From positions 15,438,142 through 15,502,141 of the forward strand of contig CAJINV010000001.1 of assembly GCA_905178155.1 (NCBI GenBank): a stretch of DNA of 64,000 nt, given 5' to 3'. Made by a program: the position numbers and the translations under genes. The notes below the pieces were generated by a model that worked only from the letters and a program-made list of their open reading frames with translations, was not told where the DNA came from and did not search any database. Below are positions 58,122-64,000 of the stretch, piece by piece; position 1 is the stretch's first letter, and each line of letters opens with the position of its first letter. Source of the stretch: Amoebophrya sp. A120. Lineage: Eukaryota > Protista > Dinoflagellata.

Positions 58122-60043
58122 ATGGACGCGCAACGGGCTCTGCTTGATAGTTTGATGGGGGCGTCTCGTAACGACGCCAAAGCCTCGAAGGAACACTACA
58201 CAGACCGGAATGTGTGCAAATTTTGGTTGATCGATTTCTGCCCGCACGAGTGCTTTCACACCAGCGTGACCGGTAAGGCAGCGGTGAACAGCCCTCTGGG
58301 CGAGTGTCCCAAGCAGCACAGCATGCATCTGAAAACCCAGTTTCAGGAGGACACAAAAGACGGAGAAAAGAACCGACGAGAGTACGAGAAGGATCTTCTA
58401 AAATACCTGGATCGCATGGTATCCGAGTGCGATGCGAAAGTGCAGCGCGAAAGGCGGCACTTGGAGAGCAAGGGCTCCCTCACCAAAATTCGGCGCCATG
58501 CGGGGCTCACACCCATGAACCAGGAGCAGCTTGTGGAACACAAAATTATCCAGCTAAAGCAGACCATCCAGGAGAAAATAAAAGCGGCAGAGTTGCTCGC
58601 GGAGGATGGTAAATTGAAAGAGTCTCAAGAAATTATGGCGGAGGTACGATTCACTTACTTTGACTTTCCTGTTGTAGCTGCGATGTTGGTGTTGGAAGAA
58701 CAAGGATTAATAGATTTTGGCGACGCGGCGTATCGCATAGTCGTCAATGATGAAGAAAGTTTTCAGTAACAAACCTCGACACGTCGCATCGCGCCTTCTC
58801 GACGCACAGGTCGCTGCTACCTTTATTCCACTTCCTGCAAATCAACGTTCTCATTACTGTACAAACGAAATAGGACGATCATGGCGATGCGCCCCGCGGC
58901 TAGATTGAGCTTTGAGCAACAGCTTGCTACACCTTCCAGGGCCACAAGCAACATCGACACTCAACTGGAGAGATCGGTGTTAAACATTACTAGTTGGCAT
59001 GCATGTTGTTGTGCTGTTTGAAATATTGCGCTTTTGAACATCGAGCGAACTCATAATTTCATGGATGCTGCACTGATGAAGAACGCTTCATCGATCCAAA
59101 TGATGTATCCACAGCCCCGATGGCCCGGCACGTCTGCTCGACTTTCGATCCTTACTGGCGGAGGAAGCGAAGTCCAAAAAGAACAACGCATGCGTATCTT
59201 CATGCGTACCTACACGCGGAAAAATGTGAAATTATAGGCCGCGAACGGATAGAGCAGGGCAAGTTTTCTAGTCCTGCTCTCCGAACGAGCAAGGAAGCTA
59301 AAACCGATTTGATCGAAGTAGAACTACCACTTTCCACGCACTCACAGGTGGAGTCTTTGAAAGCGACTATGGTCCAGCAAGGCGCAGCGGCGAAGCCCGC
59401 CAGCCTCGGCGTCGAGGGACTGGATGACACGTTTCAAGAGGACGTGTGCGACGTCTGCGGCCTGACCATTGACTGGCGCTGTGCAATGGAAATCGAAAAC
59501 CGCCGGAAAGGTAGTTACTATACTGTGGTTGTAGCGTTGCTGCATGTAGTAGTTGTAGAAGTTCGCGTTCCTCGATAAACCTCCGCCCGGTAATTGTACC
59601 AGCGCGCATTCAGAGCCAGCTGTATCTTGTAGGAGAAGAAGTGTCTGATTTTGTCGCGTGGTAGCCACGAAGATGCTTGCAGAAAAACCTACAAGAACAA
59701 CCGACTATAGAAAATGACGTACCTGCGACTTCATCTTAACACAGGTATTCCACACCCACACACCTCCGGGACGTACCACCAAGGCTACGCTATGATGCGC
59801 AAGAAGCTTTTGGAATTGAAGGAGAAGTACGGAGAACCGGACCGGGACGAAATGGTGTTCAAGACGAACGGTCGGGATCGGGAGCGCGAACGCGACCGGC
59901 GGGGTGACCGCCGACGGGACCAGTCCCGCACCCGAGATCGCAGGGAACGCTCGCGCGACCGCGGGGGGAGGAACTATTCCGCCCGGGACGAGCGAGGGGG
60001 CGGAAGAGGGGACAGACGAGGTGGATACCGCGATCGGTATTGA
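58122..60043 (+). CDS. LUC7: LUC7-family U1 snRNP-associated splicing factor; exons 58122-58643, 59348-59510, 59745-60043
   Basis: MDAQRALLDSLMG, VCKFWLIDFCPHECF...LGECPKQH (ZnF1), VCDVCG...HTSGTYHQGY (ZnF2), RD/RS-rich tail. Confidence 0.92.
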
Positions 60044-60653
60044 TGACGGTGTTGTATCATTTTCATCTTCTCCAGCTGCACAAGTGCTGCTCAGCTCCTG
60101 CTTTTTTGCTGCTGCTCCAAAAAGCAGAGAGAACTTCACGAGAGCTGAAGGAAAAGATGCTCCCCAACGACTGGAAGTGCTGGCATTTTGTGATGTAGAC
60201 CCACCAAAGGCAATGCGACACAACGAACAATCAATAACCAAAGATAGAAAAAAAGTAAAGCTAAAGCAAGGAAATCTTGTTTGGAATTTGCAGGGGCTGG
60301 TCAAAATCCAGGTGGTTCTAAGCCTGTTCTCTGAAACCAGTTTAGCAGTAATCTGCGCGACACCTGCTTTCGATCTACATGTTTTTTTGATGCGCGTGCT
60401 TCAGCTTTTGGTTTTTGTTCGTTGTAGGAAATCGCGGGAAGAAGCCGGAGCTTCGCGGGTCCCTTCTTGAATGGTCTCAACAAAAACGTGGTCCCTTCTT
60501 TCATTGTCTGATCATGAAGACACAGCTCGCAGATATAATTTTTCCTTCCGTTCTGTCGCCTGCAAAATCGATTCTGCTTTGGATGCTGTGCGATTTCATT
60601 GTTCTGCGCACAACGAATAAAATATCCATGACACCTGGACAGTCTCCACGAAG

Positions 60654-63600
60654 ATGATGTCGAATGCGTTTTCCGCGTTGCTCGTTTTCTTGACAGTTCT
60701 GCACTATCACTGCCATGTCGCGTTTGCGGGTTTTGAGCACGAGCAGGAGGACTTCTATCCCTGGCTGGTGCGCGTAACCAACACCGTCGGTTTCGAGGAC
60801 CGGTTTTCGGAGGGCGGCGCCGAATGGTTTCCCTTGTACGATTGCGCGCATGCGCGCGACAAGGAGATGAACTCTGCCCTGATGAACAGCGTTCGCATAA
60901 ACTGGCTCGACAACTACGCGCGGTCGCTGCCGGACGGCGCTTCCTGTCCAGAGGACTACTTCACAATTTCCTCTGTCGCAGACGGGGACGACGGTCAGGA
61001 AGAGGACGCAGTCACCCAGATGCGCCGGATACAGGCGAATGAGAACAGTGCCTACCAGCAGTGCGCGGGCATCTTTCTCGCACCGGCACAAATTCGCGTG
61101 CACCCGCCGGCGCAGAGTCTGCGGGGGATCTTTCAGAAGTTCGGCAACGCGTTAGCCAACCTGCATTGGAACTTGCGGCACTACTGCTACATTTTGAACT
61201 TTCTTTACCGGCATTTTGGAGCGGTGCAGGACTTCGTACGACTGGATGATCGCAGAATTCTGGAGCTGCGGGGAAAGGAGCGTGGTCCGACGCAGGCCTT
61301 GTCTTCCGAGCTTGCAGATGCCGTACGGAAAGAGGCTGATGAATCGTGTGAGGCGACGAGTGTCGTGTTGGGGGCTGACGAGAAAACCCTGAATTACTAC
61401 CACTGTCGGACTTTGCCCGCGGCGGAAGCGAAAACGGTGCAGAAATTCGCGTTCCAACGAAGAGGTGACCACCTCCATGGGCAACGAACTGAGCGCGAAG
61501 ATGGACAAAAAGCTTCCGGCATGGAGGAGCCGCGGTCGTCCAGCAGCGCCATCAGGTTCGCAACTACTGGTACTATCATAGTTTTGCACTTCACGTTCGC
61601 TTGCAGGTTTATAAATGTGAAGCTCTCCACTTATTTGCGCGGTCTCGTCAGAGTCTTCGATGTGTGGCTTTGGTTTTTCTTCGTGCAACAACTCCTTCCA
61701 GCACTAGCTGAGGCCGCCAAGCCCCGATTTGAAAAGTGCCAGCCCAAGTTGTGCCCTAGCGCTAACTTGTTCAGCTACAATTCGGGATCTACAACTTCCT
61801 GACACAGAAATCCTTCAGGCGCAGCTCCATGGCAGCGGAGATCACGGCGATTTTGAAGTATGCCGACTCTTCGGGCCATGTCACGGTATCTGCCGTGCGA
61901 GAATACCTGCGACAGGAGGTTTTCAACACTGGAATAAGCCCAAGCGTCCTTGTGCCGCCCCCCGAGGATCTGGAAAGTTACCCGGACAACCATGATTACA
62001 CTAGTGTCAGTGAGCTTCGCGACGAAAATGGTAGGAACGTTGGCACTGGCGCCGAGAATAGTAAAAGTTTGTACCACACGACCACCCAGAGGATCATTCC
62101 CTCCCTGCTGGTGCAGGATGCGGAACTTCTGAATCTGATCGCGCGCTCGCTCCACCTTATCCTGACCAACGAGAACCTGCGACTGCCGGCGGAGATTTAC
62201 CACGGTGAAGAAAAACCGCAAGCAACGGAGGAATCCTTTGCACGGCAGGCTAGGGACTTGGAAACCGCCGACCTGGCTTACCTCGGGTACCGGTCACGCG
62301 ACACACTTCCGGCAAAAGCCTTCCGCCAGGATTCGCACGCACTGGCCGCGTTGATGAGCCAGTGGCAGGATCTGACGTACAGGTTCCTCGCCTCGCACCA
62401 CGACCTAATGCAGCGCCGCCACACAGAAAGGAAAGACCGCGACCAGAAAGAAAACCAGCGCCTCATCGATACGATCAACTTGGGGAATGGCGGCAAAGCT
62501 GAAGGTGGAACGCGCGAAGAAGGCCGCCGCCGCGAGAAAATCACTACAATTTCTGCGGGTGCAGCGCTCTCAAACGAAGCAGGGGCTGCATCTGCTGCGC
62601 CAACAGAAGACGCGGTGCGAGAAGATGTGATCGCGTACGCATATCGTGTTCTGGTCTACCACTGCCGCATATTGCACCGAAAATTCGCCGAGACGAAGTA
62701 CATTGGTAGCCTGTTTGGTAGTTACAACACAAACCGCTATTTCGCAGCCGTGCCGCGGCCAGCCGAAAAGGTAGCTGCGCTAATTCCTGGCTTCAACTTT
62801 ACAAACCTGGCCTTGAAGTTATCGCACGACATCGCCTGGGCGCAGCGGGCTTTTAGGCAGCAAGTTGGAGAACTAGCAGAAGTTCTGGACAGTTTTCCGT
62901 ACAATTTGTCCTCGCAGCAGGGCTACAATAGAGAGGACACAGGGAATAAACGAGCAGCGTTTTCACGAACAGCAAATGACGAGGATCCGAATAAGAAAGC
63001 AGGAGCGCAGCAAGGACTTCTACAAGCCAAATTTCCGCATTTATCCACACACTACGAATACCATGCGAGGTTGCTTCCAGAATTCGAAAAAAACACGAGA
63101 GTGGGCACAGATGACGAACAACTCAGCGCACTTTCCCATTGGATCGCACAGCACATTCTGTTTCCGCACCATCCACAGAGCTTCCGGGAATCCATCGCGG
63201 TGAGGATAAAGAACGTCGCTGAATTGCAGCAATCCGTTGCGAAGCGCGAACTCGGCTACGTAACGCGTGTGGCTGTGCCGGTCCTGAAGGCCCTGCGCGC
63301 ACTCCTTTCAGAAATGTTCGAAGGCGCGGACTTTCCGAAATTTCGCAAACTACATTATTCGGAAATGAGCACGCCGAGGAAGGAGGACAAGAATCTACTC
63401 ACCTACGATTCCCATTCCCTCCTACCCGTGTGGACAGACGGGCACTCCCCGCTGTTCCACGACTACCGCAGTGAGGTACAGGAACTGACGCCGGCAGTGC
63501 ACCATGCGTACGACGAGATGCTGCCCCGGTTCGACGCGTACTACCGGCTGTTTGCGACCGCGATCGCCGCGGAAAACGCGGAGCGCATTCTGGAAAACGG

Positions 63601-64000
63601 CTATGACATCGATTTGGAGGTCCGACACGCACAAAAAGGTTTTGTCGTCACCTGCCAGCGGGAAGTCTACAAAGCGCTGGTGCGCGCCGCGCAGAACACG
63701 CAACTGCTGCATGAACCGACGCTGATGGCGCGGCGGCTGGTTCCCCGGGACGAAGCGTTCGTCCGCGAGAAACAGACCAAGCGGTGGGAGGACGCGGGGC
63801 AGCACCAGGTCCAGTGCTACCACGACCCCCACTTCGCGGCCGACGTGGCGGCGTTTCTCGGCCGCAACCACTCCGCCATGTCCAGGCGGATGCTGCAGGT
63901 GCCAGCAAAGGTCGTCGACTACGAATTCGTGTCCGACTTTCCGGCGCTCGTGAAGAAAACGACGTCAGTGAAGGAAGCAGTAACAGTAACAGAGGGAAGC
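60654..64000 (+). CDS. Large secreted hypothetical protein, runs off the window end; probable intron about 61556-61818
   Basis: Signal-peptide-like MMSNAFSALLVFLTVLHYHCHVAFA. A second frame starting after ~61766 shows no stop in the stretches I translated and reaches 64000 (it would be missing from the ORF track for lack of a stop). A GT-AG junction within a TCAGG repeat joins the two frames. Confidence 0.65.

Noticed and set aside
1-64000. Genome-wide stop-codon reassignment
   Set aside because: Multi-kilobase ORFs are stop-free under the standard code and genes end in TAA, TAG and TGA; only one isolated in-frame TGA was found.

Overview
Gene-dense eukaryotic nuclear DNA with spliceosomal-type introns, mostly 100-270 nt. 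All 18 gene models I can support lie on the + strand. One-directional gene order, alveolate-type proteins (a TRAP-like adhesin, an extended mitochondrial bS18) and transposon-like non-canonical introns together suggest a syndinian/dinoflagellate-lineage parasite such as Amoebophrya. That assignment is an inference, not a database result. Recognisable genes: DDX47/RRP3 helicase, a SNAP-25-type SNARE with a PH domain in its linker, an EDR2-C protein, a CH-domain protein, a GLTP, a sulfotransferase, a TSP1/TRAP-like adhesin, two tandem Cys-rich/PAN membrane paralogs, mitoribosomal bS18, an alpha/beta hydrolase, an EF-hand protein, an Asp/Asn beta-hydroxylase-like dioxygenase, a USP36-like deubiquitinase and LUC7. 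The strongest signal is five MITE-like inserts of 150-322 bp, all starting TAT and ending ATA, with terminal inverted repeats and 5-bp target-site duplications. They sit inside coding exons, and removing the element plus one TSD copy restores the reading frame although no GT-AG pair results (introner elements). Also notable: a single in-frame TGA inside a TSP1 domain, and a ~2.4-kb GC-rich non-coding island with a symmetric array of an AAAAAGTATCACACCC motif whose core matches the introner TIR. Exon boundaries were inferred by hand and have no transcript support.
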